Shown one piece after another: positions 8,184 through 20,100 of a stretch of 53,150 bases of DNA (position 1 is its first letter; the number at the start of each line of letters is the position of its first letter). A model generated the notes under the pieces. That model saw only the letters and a list, made by a program, of their open reading frames with translations. It had not been told where the DNA came from and did not search any database. Location of the stretch: the NCBI GenBank assembly GCA_050943115.1, contig JBMNON010000007.1, positions 1-53,150 of the forward strand, written 5' to 3'. This DNA comes from Patescibacteria group bacterium (GTDB lineage: Bacteria > Patescibacteriota > Microgenomatia > UBA12405). A program made the position numbers and the translations under genes.

Positions 8184-9947
8184 ATGACAAGATTCCGTTA
8201 TATTTTTGGGGTAGTTTTTATCTTTACTGCTTTCTTACGAATTAGCTCTCTATTGTCAAATCCGCCAAGCTTATTTTCTGACGAAGTCGATGCCGGTTAT
8301 CAGGCATATATTTTTAATAAGTGCAGAACAGACACTTATGGTAATAAGCTACCGGTACATTTTCAGTCTAGCGCTGACCAAAAAAGTCCTTTAAATATCT
8401 ATGGTATAGCCCTACTCAGAAGTATTACAAATAACCCGGAACTGTCAGTAAGGCTACCTTCAGCAATTTTTGGGATATTGGTGACTCTGTTCTTTTTTTT
8501 GATACTGAAGGAGTATGTTGGAAAATGGATGGCGTTAGTCGGATTTACGGTGTTCTCGCTTAATCCTTGGTTGTTTCATTATTCCAGAGCCGGATGGGAG
8601 GTGGTGGGTATGTTATTTGTGTTGATGGCCGGAATTTACTTTTGGATAAAATACCTTAACAGTAAAAAGCTTCTTTATTTACAGGCATCGCTTTTAAGTT
8701 TTGTTTTATCTTTTTATTTTTATTCAACAGCAAAATTGTTTGTCATATTTATCGGGGCCATCGTACTGGGGGTGTGGATTAAGGAAATTGTGAAAATAAA
8801 AAGGAATCACTGGCTTTTGGGAGTGGGATTAGTTCTACTGGCTTCACTGCCAATGCTAGTTGATACATTTAACGGTAAATCCGGCTACCGATTTTCTTAT
8901 ATTAATATCTTTTCAGATCCAACAACACCAAGCGAAGTTGATTTTGCCAGGTTTGAGGATGCAACCGTGGAATTGAACGGCCAAGAAAGCCTGGGGATTC
9001 GTCCAAGTTTGGTGACAAAATTTATTCATAATAAAGCTGGTGTCGTAGCCTCAAAATTTATAAGGAATTACTTGTCTTCATTTTCTACTGATTTTCTTTT
9101 TGTCAGAGGCGACGCCAACTTGAGGCAAGGATTCGGCGGACAAAAGGGCTATCTGTATTATATTGATTTACTTTTCTTGGTGTTGGGTATTAGTGGCGCG
9201 ATTGGGGCGGTAATTTATGGCAAAAAACAAGGAAAAGAAGATAAGCTAAACATATTTATGCTGCTGTTTTTACTGACAGCGCCTATACCTTTCTCGCTAA
9301 CCAGAGATTCTTCTACACCGCATAGTACCCGACTGATAATTATGATCATTCCACTAATGTATTTCTTGGTAAAGGGGGTCGGAATACTCTTTAATAAAAT
9401 TCAAAAATTCAATCAAACCTTAGTTTTGGCACTCTCAGGACTCGTAGTGCTTGTTTATGCTCTTCAGGTTTTTGATTTTCTTCATTATTACCACTATCAT
9501 TATCCGCAAATATCAGCTAGAGACTGGCATTTTGGAATCAAGGAAGCAGTAGTGAAATCAAAGGAGCTTGAGGGGGATTTTAGCCGAATATATTATGCAA
9601 AGACAGGAGAATCTTTCCTACCGTTTTTTCATTTTTATACCGATTATTTTCCTAGTAATGGGAGTTGTGCGCCGGTTCTGAATAGCCAAAGACTAGCCGA
9701 TAAAAATTTTGAAGGAGAAATTTTAGAAAACAGATATTATTTTGGAGTGGTTAATTGGGATAACTTGGTGAACAGTGAAGCGGAATGGGATAAATTTTTA
9801 TTCGTATTGCCAGAAAATGAATTAATAAAACTAAATAAATATATTTCCGAAAAAGATGACGTCGAATTAAGAGTACTTAGCCAGGAAAAGAAAATATTTA
9901 GAGAACAAGATGTGATTTCATTGGTGTCTCTGGAAAAGATCGAATAA
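8184..9947 (+). CDS. GT-C fold glycosyltransferase (ArnT/PMT-like, family 39/83)
   Basis: PPSLFSDE near the N-terminus, SVRLPSAIFG, many TMs, YSRAGWE. Confidence 0.85.
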   Translation: MTRFRYIFGVVFIFTAFLRISSLLSNPPSLFSDEVDAGYQAYIFNKCRTDTYGNKLPVHFQSSADQKSPLNIYGIALLRSITNNPELSVRLPSAIFGILVTLFFFLILKEYVGKWMALVGFTVFSLNPWLFHYSRAGWEVVGMLFVLMAGIYFWIKYLNSKKLLYLQASLLSFVLSFYFYSTAKLFVIFIGAIVLGVWIKEIVKIKRNHWLLGVGLVLLASLPMLVDTFNGKSGYRFSYINIFSDPTTPSEVDFARFEDATVELNGQESLGIRPSLVTKFIHNKAGVVASKFIRNYLSSFSTDFLFVRGDANLRQGFGGQKGYLYYIDLLFLVLGISGAIGAVIYGKKQGKEDKLNIFMLLFLLTAPIPFSLTRDSSTPHSTRLIIMIIPLMYFLVKGVGILFNKIQKFNQTLVLALSGLVVLVYALQVFDFLHYYHYHYPQISARDWHFGIKEAVVKSKELEGDFSRIYYAKTGESFLPFFHFYTDYFPSNGSCAPVLNSQRLADKNFEGEILENRYYFGVVNWDNLVNSEAEWDKFLFVLPENELIKLNKYISEKDDVELRVLSQEKKIFREQDVISLVSLEKIE

Positions 9948-9950
9948 GGA

Positions 9951-10124
9951 TTATTTTTTATCCCGGAGAGACCCGATAATGACTCCGATAAGAAGCCCAA
10001 AGGATAAGCCCAGAGGAAGACTATCCAGCAGTAATCCGAACATGGTTCCAAAGCTGAGACCTAAGGCTATCCAAGTACCCATGTCGTACTTCGGATTTCT
10101 ATTCTTCATTCTTTGTCCGTCCAT
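9951..10124 (-). CDS. Small membrane protein with glycine-zipper TMs
   Basis: GTWIALGLSFGTMFGLLLDSLPLGLSFGLLIGVIIG; TATCAT 6 nt upstream of ATG 10124. Confidence 0.7.
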   Translation of the reverse strand: MDGQRMKNRNPKYDMGTWIALGLSFGTMFGLLLDSLPLGLSFGLLIGVIIGSLRDKK

Positions 10125-10149
10125 ATTATTATGATAACAAGTCTTGCTA

Positions 10150-10177
10150 TTGACCGGTTGCTTGTTTGAGTTATAAT
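10150..10177 (+). promoter_or_regulatory. Sigma70-type promoter of pyrH (near-leaderless)
   Basis: TTGACC-16 nt-TATAAT, 7 nt before ATG 10185. Confidence 0.7.
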
Positions 10178-10184
10178 CGTCTAA

Positions 10185-10928
10185 ATGCAAAGAATGGAAA
10201 GAGTGATTCTGAAGGCAAGCGGGGAGTTATTTGGCAACGGAGGCATAATTAGTTTTGAGAAGTACGATACGGTAGCAAGGCAAGTTGTCGAAATCAGGAA
10301 AAGTACCGGAGCACAAATGGCAATGGTCGTCGGTGGAGGCAATATTTTCCGGGGACGAAACGCCCAGTCAGAGGTAGATTCTAAAGTCGATCCAGTTGAG
10401 GCGGACCAAATGGGCATGTTGGCAACAATAATGAACGGTATAGGTTTAAGAGAAGCACTACAAAGAAACGGAGCTAAGGACGATTCCCGGCTGATGGTGG
10501 CCTTGGAAATGCCGAAAGTAGCCGAGCCATATTTGGTCCACAAAGCCAGAAAACATTTAGACGACGGCATGATTGTGGTTATTGCCGGGGGTACAGGATC
10601 ACCGGGGTGTACAACAGACACCGCCGTGGCCCAATATGCCTGGGAACTGCAGTGCGATATGATCCTCAAAGCCAGTACCGTCGACGGTGTTTATGACAAA
10701 GATCCCCACAAATTTCCTGAAGCCAAAAGATACGAATCTTTGAGTTTCAGGAGAGCAATTGAAGAAGAACTAGGGGTAATGGACGCAACCGCTTTTACCA
10801 TGTGCAATAGATGGGAAATTCCAATATTTGTGTTTGATATCAAAGATTTAGAAAAACTGCCGAGAACTATTAAAGAAAATGATTTTTCTTTCGGAACTCT
10901 TATCACCAGGGACGGCAAACAAGAATAA
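10185..10928 (+). CDS. pyrH: UMP kinase
   Basis: RVILKASGE, VVGGGNIFRG, ADQMGMLATIMNGIGL, TTDTA, STVDGVYDKDP, VMDATAF. Confidence 0.95.
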   Translation: MQRMERVILKASGELFGNGGIISFEKYDTVARQVVEIRKSTGAQMAMVVGGGNIFRGRNAQSEVDSKVDPVEADQMGMLATIMNGIGLREALQRNGAKDDSRLMVALEMPKVAEPYLVHKARKHLDDGMIVVIAGGTGSPGCTTDTAVAQYAWELQCDMILKASTVDGVYDKDPHKFPEAKRYESLSFRRAIEEELGVMDATAFTMCNRWEIPIFVFDIKDLEKLPRTIKENDFSFGTLITRDGKQE

Positions 10929-10962
10929 GCAAAAAGTAAAATCGGCCATGCTATAGTTAATT

Positions 10963-11394
10963 ATGAAAAAAGTAACCGGGGATTGGCACCAGCGGCACAG
11001 AGAAAAATCGACGAGCGGACAAAGGGTGGCAGACAAAGTAGCTGAAGTTATGGGGAGCTGGCCTTTTATAATCGGACAAAGTGTAATAATTTTAATATGG
11101 ATTACCCTGAATTTTACAGCTTATGTCAAGAGTTGGGACCCTTATCCTTTTATCTTGCTAAATCTACTTTTTTCCACCCAAGCGGCTTATGCAGCACCGA
11201 TTATTATGATGTCCCAAAACCGTCAGAATGAAAGGGACAGGGTTCAGGCTAGAAATGATTATATTACCAATAGGGCGGCTAAAAGAGAAATTGAAGCCCT
11301 ACACAAGTCACTATCAAGAATTGAAAGAAGAAAGCTTGACTTGATTCTGGAATTATTACTAAAAGAAGAGCCAGTAAGAAGCAAAACCCGGTAG
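10963..11394 (+). CDS. DUF1003 membrane protein
   Basis: GQRVADKVAEVMGSW.FI...WDPYPFILLNLLFSTQAAYAAPIIMMSQNRQ. Confidence 0.92.
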   Translation: MKKVTGDWHQRHREKSTSGQRVADKVAEVMGSWPFIIGQSVIILIWITLNFTAYVKSWDPYPFILLNLLFSTQAAYAAPIIMMSQNRQNERDRVQARNDYITNRAAKREIEALHKSLSRIERRKLDLILELLLKEEPVRSKTR

Positions 11395-11395
11395 A

Positions 11396-13360
11396 CTATT
11401 CGTAGCGAAGGGCATTTAGGGCAGTAATCTTTTTAGCACGGCGGGCCGGATATACACCGGTGAAAACACCAACCAGAAAGGAGAGAAAGATAATCAGGAT
11501 AGCAAAAGGAATGGGAATACTTACGATGGTAAGAAATCCAGCGCCTTTGACTACCGAAAAGACGGAAAGGATAACTTCTAGAACCAAGCCAACCAATAGG
11601 CCAACGGTAATGCCCAATATCCCTCCCAGAGAACCCATAATCATTGATTCAGCCAGGAAAAGATCACGAACTTCATAAGATTTCATACCCATAGCCTTGA
11701 GCAGACCAACCTCCCTGGTTCTTTCAAGAAGAGATACCGTAAGGGTGTTGAACATACCAAGGGCGGCGACACATAAAGCCACCATGCCAACCAGGGCCAG
11801 GAGCATCCGAAGAGTTGAGAATAGACTGTTTATTTGAGAGACAGTATCGGCTACAGAAGAAGTGGTGTAGCCATAAGATTCAATTCTTTCCCTGACTTCC
11901 ATAAGATCGTTCTCTTTCCCAACGACAACTTTCGTCTGAGAATAATTGTTGATTCCGAGGTGACGAAGATGAATGAAGGGAACATAAAAAAGAGGTGTCC
12001 TTTCGTCCGGGGTGACTCCGACAACAGTATACTCAAGGGGCATGGACTCAATCCTGTCCTGGCCTTCATCAAGGAGTTTACCCGTAGCAATATAAGTAAC
12101 TTTAAATTTTTGTCCGACGGCCTGAGACTCTTCTAAATTAAGAACTTTCAAGAATCCCCTATTGACTACGGCGTTGAGATCGGTAATAGATTCGGGGAGC
12201 TTCACTTTAGAAACGACCAATTTTTCGGCAGTATCGCTTTCCCCTTCCACCTCGACCCACTCACCATCATCAGTGATAATTTCATTGGTTGCCAAATCAT
12301 TGTCATCGGCAGGGCTAACAGCAACATTAATCTCGGGGATATAACCGTTGACGGTCACTTGCTGCTGATTATCATCTAACAGGGGCTCGTAACCCTGATC
12401 GGTTTTGGACCAGATAGGTGTCCTCACTTTGACCCATTTGCCAAGCTTGCTACCGCCAGCAGTCAAACCAGACGAACCGTTGCCGGCCGAATCATCATAA
12501 GTCCCTCCCCAAACTTCATCGGCCGTAATCCTACCTGCTTCACTAGAAATATAGCCCAAAGAGCTGGAATCGTTGTTGGCATATTGTTTGACCTCTACCC
12601 ATTTGCCGCTATTAACCGCGAAATTGACAGATCTTATAGTGGCTCCGGCTTTTGCCTCACTTTGAACATTGCCTTTCTTATCAGTTTCCACATCCTGGGT
12701 GACGATTGTAACTTCACTATTAATATCATTGTTTTCAAAAATCTCACCGACAACGGGGGCGATAGCAGACTGTTTTAAATAGTTGCTGGTAACCCCGTAG
12801 GCAGCCATATCAGTCAGGGAATTATTGAAATTGACTTTACCGACGACGGCAATCTGGGGTAAAACCGTTTCTACCTCCGGAAAGGTCTCGATAACTTTGA
12901 TAACGTCCTGATTGATGGTTAATTTGCTGCCGGGTTGGGTAGAAACATCGGTTTGCCGCATCTCTTCAAGACGGGCAACACGATTAATAACCAAAGCCTG
13001 AAGTCCATAACCAATAGATACCAAGAAAACAATAGCAGCGATGCCAATAGTCATGCCGCCGACAGTGATAACGGTTCTAGACTTTTTGGATTTCATGTTT
13101 TGGAGAGCAAGATCGATCAATTCAACCCTTGAGATGCTGTTGGTTTGGTGACGGTCCAAGGCGTGGACTAGTCTATATAGACTTTTTTCAATTTTGACAA
13201 AAAAGGCGGCTTTGGTAGAAAATTTCCGGACAAAGGATAATACGGTGTAAATACCGATAAGTACCATGTAGGAAAGAATGTGGCCAAAATTACCAAAAAA
13301 GGATAGGGTTCTTTTTATAAAATTTTCGTTGGTGGAATTATTGTTTGATTTGGGCTGCAT
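11396..13360 (-). CDS. ABC transporter permease, MacB/FtsX family, with enlarged extracytoplasmic domain
   Basis: RTVITVGGMTIGIAAIVFLVSIGYG; C-terminal MFNTLTVSLLERTREVGLLKAMG and GVYPARRA. Confidence 0.92.
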   Translation of the reverse strand: MQPKSNNNSTNENFIKRTLSFFGNFGHILSYMVLIGIYTVLSFVRKFSTKAAFFVKIEKSLYRLVHALDRHQTNSISRVELIDLALQNMKSKKSRTVITVGGMTIGIAAIVFLVSIGYGLQALVINRVARLEEMRQTDVSTQPGSKLTINQDVIKVIETFPEVETVLPQIAVVGKVNFNNSLTDMAAYGVTSNYLKQSAIAPVVGEIFENNDINSEVTIVTQDVETDKKGNVQSEAKAGATIRSVNFAVNSGKWVEVKQYANNDSSSLGYISSEAGRITADEVWGGTYDDSAGNGSSGLTAGGSKLGKWVKVRTPIWSKTDQGYEPLLDDNQQQVTVNGYIPEINVAVSPADDNDLATNEIITDDGEWVEVEGESDTAEKLVVSKVKLPESITDLNAVVNRGFLKVLNLEESQAVGQKFKVTYIATGKLLDEGQDRIESMPLEYTVVGVTPDERTPLFYVPFIHLRHLGINNYSQTKVVVGKENDLMEVRERIESYGYTTSSVADTVSQINSLFSTLRMLLALVGMVALCVAALGMFNTLTVSLLERTREVGLLKAMGMKSYEVRDLFLAESMIMGSLGGILGITVGLLVGLVLEVILSVFSVVKGAGFLTIVSIPIPFAILIIFLSFLVGVFTGVYPARRAKKITALNALRYE

Positions 13361-14108
13361 TTGGAGAACGTTTTTTGAAAATATTATTTAACTCGGAAGG
13401 ATTAGTTTTGGGGTTAAAGACATTACTAACTTGACCATCAAAGAGGTGGATAGCCCTGTCGGCATACTTTAAGTAATCAAGTTCGTGTGTAACCATAAGA
13501 ATGGTTTTTTGGGTTTCCTGGGTGAGCTTCATCAGGAGCTGCATAAGTTCCTGACCGGCTTCATAGTCCAAGTTTCCGGTAGGTTCGTCAGCGATAATGA
13601 TATCCGGATTAGTAATTAAGGCGCGGGCCAAAGAGACACGTTGTTGTTGGCCGGAAGACAGTTCGGCCGGATGATAGAGAGCCCAATCAAGCATGTGAAC
13701 GGTTTTTAGGACTTCTTTGGCCTTTTCAATTCTTGTCGGTTTGTCCTCACCATGAAGTGCAAGGGGGAGGGCAACATTTTCAACAACGTTTATGGCTTTG
13801 ACCCAGTTGGCCTGCTGGTAAACCATACCAACATGGTTTTTGCGGAAATCCGATAGATCATCTTCGGTATGATTTTGATAGAGAACAGTCCCTAAGATAT
13901 TAACAATGCCGCTGGTGGGCTTCTCCAGGCCAAGAATAGAATGGAGCAAGGTTGACTTTCCGCAACCCGAAGGGCCATAAATGATGGCAAATTCACCGGT
14001 ATTAATTTCGAAACTAACTTTTTTTAAGACCTCAACCGGCTCACCGACAACATCAAAGGTCTTGTCCAGATTCTCGACTTTGATAATTATGTTGTTCTTT
14101 GAGGGCAT
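13338..14108 (-). CDS. ABC transporter ATP-binding protein (LolD/MacB-like)
   Basis: Walker [10 protein letters not shown], signature LSSGQQQRV, Walker [13 protein letters not shown]. Confidence 0.95.
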   Translation of the reverse strand: MPSKNNIIIKVENLDKTFDVVGEPVEVLKKVSFEINTGEFAIIYGPSGCGKSTLLHSILGLEKPTSGIVNILGTVLYQNHTEDDLSDFRKNHVGMVYQQANWVKAINVVENVALPLALHGEDKPTRIEKAKEVLKTVHMLDWALYHPAELSSGQQQRVSLARALITNPDIIIADEPTGNLDYEAGQELMQLLMKLTQETQKTILMVTHELDYLKYADRAIHLFDGQVSNVFNPKTNPSELNNIFKKRSPNAAQIKQ

Positions 14109-14110
14109 AG

Positions 14111-17100
14111 TTATAGATTTCCCAGGAAGCCAAAGACTTCTTTTAGGTTGGTAATAACCAAGTCGAAGGCATTATCGGTGGCTTTTGGAGTAATAGTAAC
14201 CGTATCAATTGATTTACTAATGTTACCAGCACTATCTTTGGAAATGGCACGTAAATGATAAACCTTAGCCGGGGTGAGGCCGGAGATAATTACAACGTGA
14301 TTGTAGGAAAGGTTTTGATCTTCCTGTGACAACTGGTTGTAGTCGGTACCGGACCCTTCGCCGTACTCTACCTGACTGGTAGCCGGCTCATCAGTATTCC
14401 AGCTAATAATTAACTGGGAGAGGGCGGGTTGAGCGGTAGAATTGGACGGTGGGCTGTTAGCGCCTTCCACACTCATCTCAGAAATTTGCGGAGCACGGGT
14501 ATCAGAAGCAGTGGTAACCCTGACAGTGTCCGAGACAGCCTCGTTACCGATAATATCCTGACCCCTAACCCTTAACACGTAACCGGTATCAGGGAAGAGA
14601 CCTCGGATGATCATGCGATGATCGCCATCCCTTAGTTCAATATCAACATTATCCCGGACTAGTTCGGGGTTGTTCTCGGGATAGTAAGTGACGATGGAAG
14701 AAATGGCAGTATTGGACTCCCAAGTAACAAGTAGGGTTGATTGGGCAGTATTGGCTACCTGCTGAACACGGACATTGGTGACTCGGGGACGGGGAAGGGT
14801 TTCGAAATCAAGGATAGTGCCCTCGTATTCAGTATCCTCTTCATCGAAAGTATTGATTTTGTAGTAGTACTTAGTGCCATCCTCCAGCTGATTTAATTCA
14901 ACAGAATAGGAAGTTTCCAACTTCGAGGTACTGACTTCCTTGGCGCCGCCAAAACTAGTGGTAGTTCCGTAATAAATTTTGGCTTTGGTAGCATTTTTGG
15001 TGGTAAAGTTGACCAGAGCGCTGCTAATACCAACGTTACTCAGCCTTACCTCCTTAACTTCAGGCGGCGGTTCGGTAGTAAAATCCATTTCGTCACTTTC
15101 GCCGGTGTTACCATCTTCATCAGTCCAACGGGCTTTGAAGTAATATTTCGTGCCTGGAGATAAGTTGGTGAGCTGGATCTCGTGATCGGTTATGTGAACG
15201 GAACGATAGGCTTCGTCATCAAAATAGTTTCCGCTTGCCAAACCATAAGCAACCTTACTGTCACAAGTACGGCTGGTAGTCCAACTGATTGTAGCTTTTG
15301 AGGTGGTAATGGAGGAGGATGCGGGACCGGAAGTTAGTGGTGCCGGGACGGTATAGGAACCTTTGGGAATGATGGAAACTGCCGAAGAATAAGACGGACT
15401 GGCAATCGATTGATCAGAATTGTCGGTGGTGCCAACCCGCCAATAATAGCGCTTGGATTCTTCGACAGTGTCAACATAAGAAAAGCTAGTGGTTTGGGCC
15501 ACTTCTTCCCAGGTCAGAGCATCTTCAGAGCGCTCAATATGGTAAGTCAGGTTTCCTGTGCCTTTATAGGTGGGTTCACTCCAAACCAGGGATGATCGCC
15601 AAATAGAAACATCTTTGATAGAACTGTCGGCGACAGTTAGATTAGTAGGAGGATCAGGCAGTTCGGAATAAAGGTAGAAAGTGGCAGAGATGGTGTTGGT
15701 GGGTGAGTAGTTACTATTGCTGTCAACAGCAACGACATAAATAGTGTTGGCACCTTTTCTCAGGCCGGGAACCGTGAAGGTATCAATAGAAGTAGATTCA
15801 GTAGCTATATAGGTGGCTGAGTTAGAGGTTATGGTGGCGTAAGAAACCGGTGGTGGAGTATTAATCATGTAATAGTAGGTGTCAATAGTGTTGCCGGAGG
15901 AAGGTTCCGCCTCAGGCCAACTAAAGGCAAAACTATTGGTATCGTTTTGACCGGGAGTAACGGTAATAAAATCTCCCTGGGCAAATTTAGGGGCCTCACC
16001 ACCGTAGTTAATAAAAGCAGTTCTAAGTTCTGAAGCGTTGCCGGCACGATCGAGGATGCGAAAGAAGATAGTATTCTGGCCTAGCTGTATCAAGTCCTGA
16101 GCGGATGCGGGAAGATAAAAGGGTTGAGCAATTCCAAGTGAATAGTATTCAAGATTGGTACTGGGATCAAGCGTTTCCCCTATCCAACTATCCCGGGAAT
16201 TTATGGCGTATTGGAAGCCAAGAACCTGGGAATGTTCGTCATTGCCGGCAGTGCCATTGGTGGTGGGCCAAGTAAAAAACATATCAGAAGTGCTGGAAAA
16301 GGTACCGCTAGCGGCAGAAATGGCAACTACGTTTTCGGGAGCTGTGTTATCAAAGTAAAAGGAAATATAGTTGGTTTCGTCAGGACCGACATAAGTGTTG
16401 TTGGCAATATCAATAGTTTTGATCTTGAAATAATAAAGATCGTCGCTTGAGGTAAGCCATTCGTAGCTGCGAAGGGCAGAGTTAGAGAAATCTATTTCAG
16501 TATCGGCAGTTATAAACTGGCAAGTAGTGCCGGTAGTGCTGACAGGTGAAGAACCAAGCAGTCCTTTTTGGGTAGCCGGATCGCCTTCAAGATCGTTACC
16601 TAGGTAAACACAGTAACCTTTGACTCCTTGGGCATCGGAACCATCATCCCAGCTAAAGAAAAGATCGTTTCGATTAAACCAAACCGGCTCGTCAGAATGG
16701 GAGTATTCATGCAAAGCTTCGTCATGCGCTTTCATCTTCATATTGGCACCATTCGTCGGTCTTGATTGATCAATGATAAAAGAAGGTGTACCCGTTGCGG
16801 TAGTCCAATCTGATTCTCCCGATTTATTATCAATGGCTTTGACGCGCCAATAATAGTTATCGGTGCTGAGTTCCTGACCTTCAGAGCCTTCGTTGTATGT
16901 CCCTTCGCCAGCAGCCTGACCAACAGTAAAAGACTGAGTTCCCTGGGCTGCTTGGACAGAAACATAATCAATTATGGGAGATCCAAACTCAGATTCAGTA
17001 TCGACTTGGATTCGGTATCCGACAGTGTCGACTGCGTTAGGGTCACTCAAAACAAAGGAGAGCATCGGTTGAAGGCTATTAGTATACTGGCCGTTGATAA

Positions 17101-20100
17101 AGAACGATGATTCCGGGATGACAGGAGCTGAGGGAGGTGTGTTCATCACAACTCTAATATCAGCTTCGTCTTCAGTATTGTTACCATAGCTAACCCAATC
17201 GGAACAAAGGTTGGTAGCATCACAGGCACGAGCTTGCCAATGATAGCTCTCGGTATCGGCAAGACCATCAACAGTAACCTGAGCCGTGACAATAGCACCT
17301 GTATATACTACGCTGGCGCCGATGTTTGTGGCAACATTGGAAAATGGAGTTCCAAGTGTTTGAATTTCGACTTGCGGAGTAATCGTGTCCTCACTGTCAC
17401 CATCCTGAACCTGAAAAGTAGCAATAAATGATGATTCATCAGTGTTTCCTCCCTGTCCAATAGCGGTGGTATTATCAGTTTTAAATTGACGTAGATTAAG
17501 TGGATCAGATGATTTTCCACCTAAAAATATAGTACCAATTCCGCCATTTTGGGCACTAGCACCAGATGCAACACCCCCATTAACACTCAATACTGAAAAG
17601 TTTGTGGTGTTTGTTCCGTAATACAATGCAATTCGACCACCACCACCAGCTCCACCATCGTATGTATAGTTGGCCGTGTTGCCTCCATTTGCAGTAACTG
17701 ATCCGGAACCTATTAATGTTTCTGTAGTAACCCAGATTGATCCGCCTGATCCTCCACCATTACCATGGTAGTTGTCATAAAGCCCACCGTTACCCCCATT
17801 TGCTGAAATCACTCCATTCAGAGTGGCGGTGGCACCAATACTAATCTTGATGACACCACCACCATGACCAGCAGCATATCCGTGATGGCCACCCCCTGAG
17901 CCAAGTAAATCAGGAGAACGTTCTTCACCATAAGGCACTTTGTTCCCCGCCCGACTTTGTCCATTACCTCCTTCACCGCCATAAGCAGCACCGCCGGCTC
18001 CGTTAGAGCCGCTAACTCCGGTTCCCGGTCCATAACCATCCGAGTAGCCTTTTCCGTTAACATTTATTGAACCAGAAGGATTTACGGTAAGGTTCTCGTC
18101 AATAGCAAGTATAAGTTTATTAACTTCTTCATTGGTATTTTCTGAATGGCTTAAGGTCCCGTTTACGGTAACATTATCATAATGTCTGGCAATATTAGTT
18201 TCGAGAGTAGCTCCTGAAGGAATTGTAAGATTACCACCCGTACTAATAACAGCAAAATCGCAGCCATTGTCAACTAATATTGCTGACCAGTTAAGGGTGG
18301 TGTAATCAATAGCTGCCGAACTTTGACAGATAAAGGAAGATCCGTTTAGTAAATTAATGGTATTTACATTTAAGTTTCCCGATAGATCAAAAAATGATTT
18401 TTGATCAATAACAATCGTTGATGTGACATTAAGTGAGGAAGAATAATCTATGTTGGAGTAATCAGTAATAGTAATATTGGATACATTAAGTGAGTCTGGC
18501 AATACTGTTTTGGCAACTTTAGACCGTAAGGAAGACCAGTTAGGATCGTTGTTGTCAACAATTAGATCACCATAACTTATTGAACTTGATTTGAGATATA
18601 TTGTACCAGCACCGCCTTTTTGACAGGTAGAGGCTGCGCCGCTAGGTTTCCCTCCATATGCATATATTCTATCGATAGCAAAGGGCAAGCTATCATAATA
18701 AATTGCAATCCGGCCACCACCCCCACCTCCCCCATCCTTATCTGAATAGCCATCAGCAGAACCACCGCCAGATGCACTGATAGTGCTGCCACCTTTTACT
18801 TCATTGGCATCGATCCATACGGAACCACCGGCACCCCCACCACCACTGCCATCATAACTATAACTTGGACCGGCATTTCCATTTGCAGATATCGGGCCGC
18901 CAACGTCAATATAACCACCAACAATAAACTTAATTGCACCACCACCGGCACCGCCGTATCCGGAAACTTGACCTCCCCCACTTCCCAAAGTCACTGGCTG
19001 AGTAGCTGAACCATAAGGAACAATACTCCCTGCCCGTGTTCTACCATTACCGCCATTACCGCCATGAGCAGCACCACCAGATCCATCTGCTCCATCTGTA
19101 CCCTCGCCCGTACCATAGCCAATACCAAAACCTTTGCCATTAACATTGACCGATCCGGATGAACTTATTGAAAGATTGCCGCCAATAGTATAGTTGATTT
19201 TGTAAACTTCGGAATCGATATTTTCTGTATGAGTTAGGACTCCGTCGATAAAAACATTACTATAGCTTCGAGGTACATTCGAGTGAAGGGTAGAACCAGA
19301 CGGAATAGTTAAATCGACACCGCTGCTTAAGATAGCAAAGGTGCCGCCATTATCGACTAATATGCCTCCGTTCCAATCGATAGTGTTATAAACGATATTT
19401 GCACCAAGTTGGCTAAATAGGGTGGCATTGTTGTGGACAATTAGATTGTCAGCAGTAATTCCTCCAGATGATTCAAGAAATGATTTTTGGTCGAGTGTAA
19501 GGCTTGAAACCACATTAAGGGAAGAAGTATAGTCGATGTTGGAGTAATTAGTAATGGCAAGATTATCCAAAGTAAGCGTGGAAGGAAGTGTTGTTTTAGC
19601 TACCCGGGTACGGGAAGTAGACCAATCATTGTCCTTGTTGTCTATTACAAAATCGCCATTAGTTGCCGTAGCGGCTTTTAAGTAAATTGTGCCGGCACCG
19701 CCTTTTTGGGTTGCACTGTGATCCCCCTGAGGGATGCCTCCCTTGGCTGATATCTGACTTAACCCAACAGAATTTGTATCGTAATAGAGAGCAATGCGAC
19801 CACCACCACCACCACCACCATCACCATAATAAGTATTGGTAGCACCACCACCATCCGCACTTATAGTGCTACTACCAGTAATCTCGTTTGCATTAATCCA
19901 AATTGAACCTCCAGAACCACCTCCAGAACCGTGTGAATAAAAATCAGAAGTAACACTATCGCCTCCATTTGCAGATACCGGACCGCCCACATTAAAAGTA
20001 CCAGTGATAATAAGCTTAACAGCACCACCGCCATGTCCTGCCTGAAAAGTATTATTATGACCGCCCCCACTTCCTATCGTTGCTGGCTGAGTAGCTGAAC

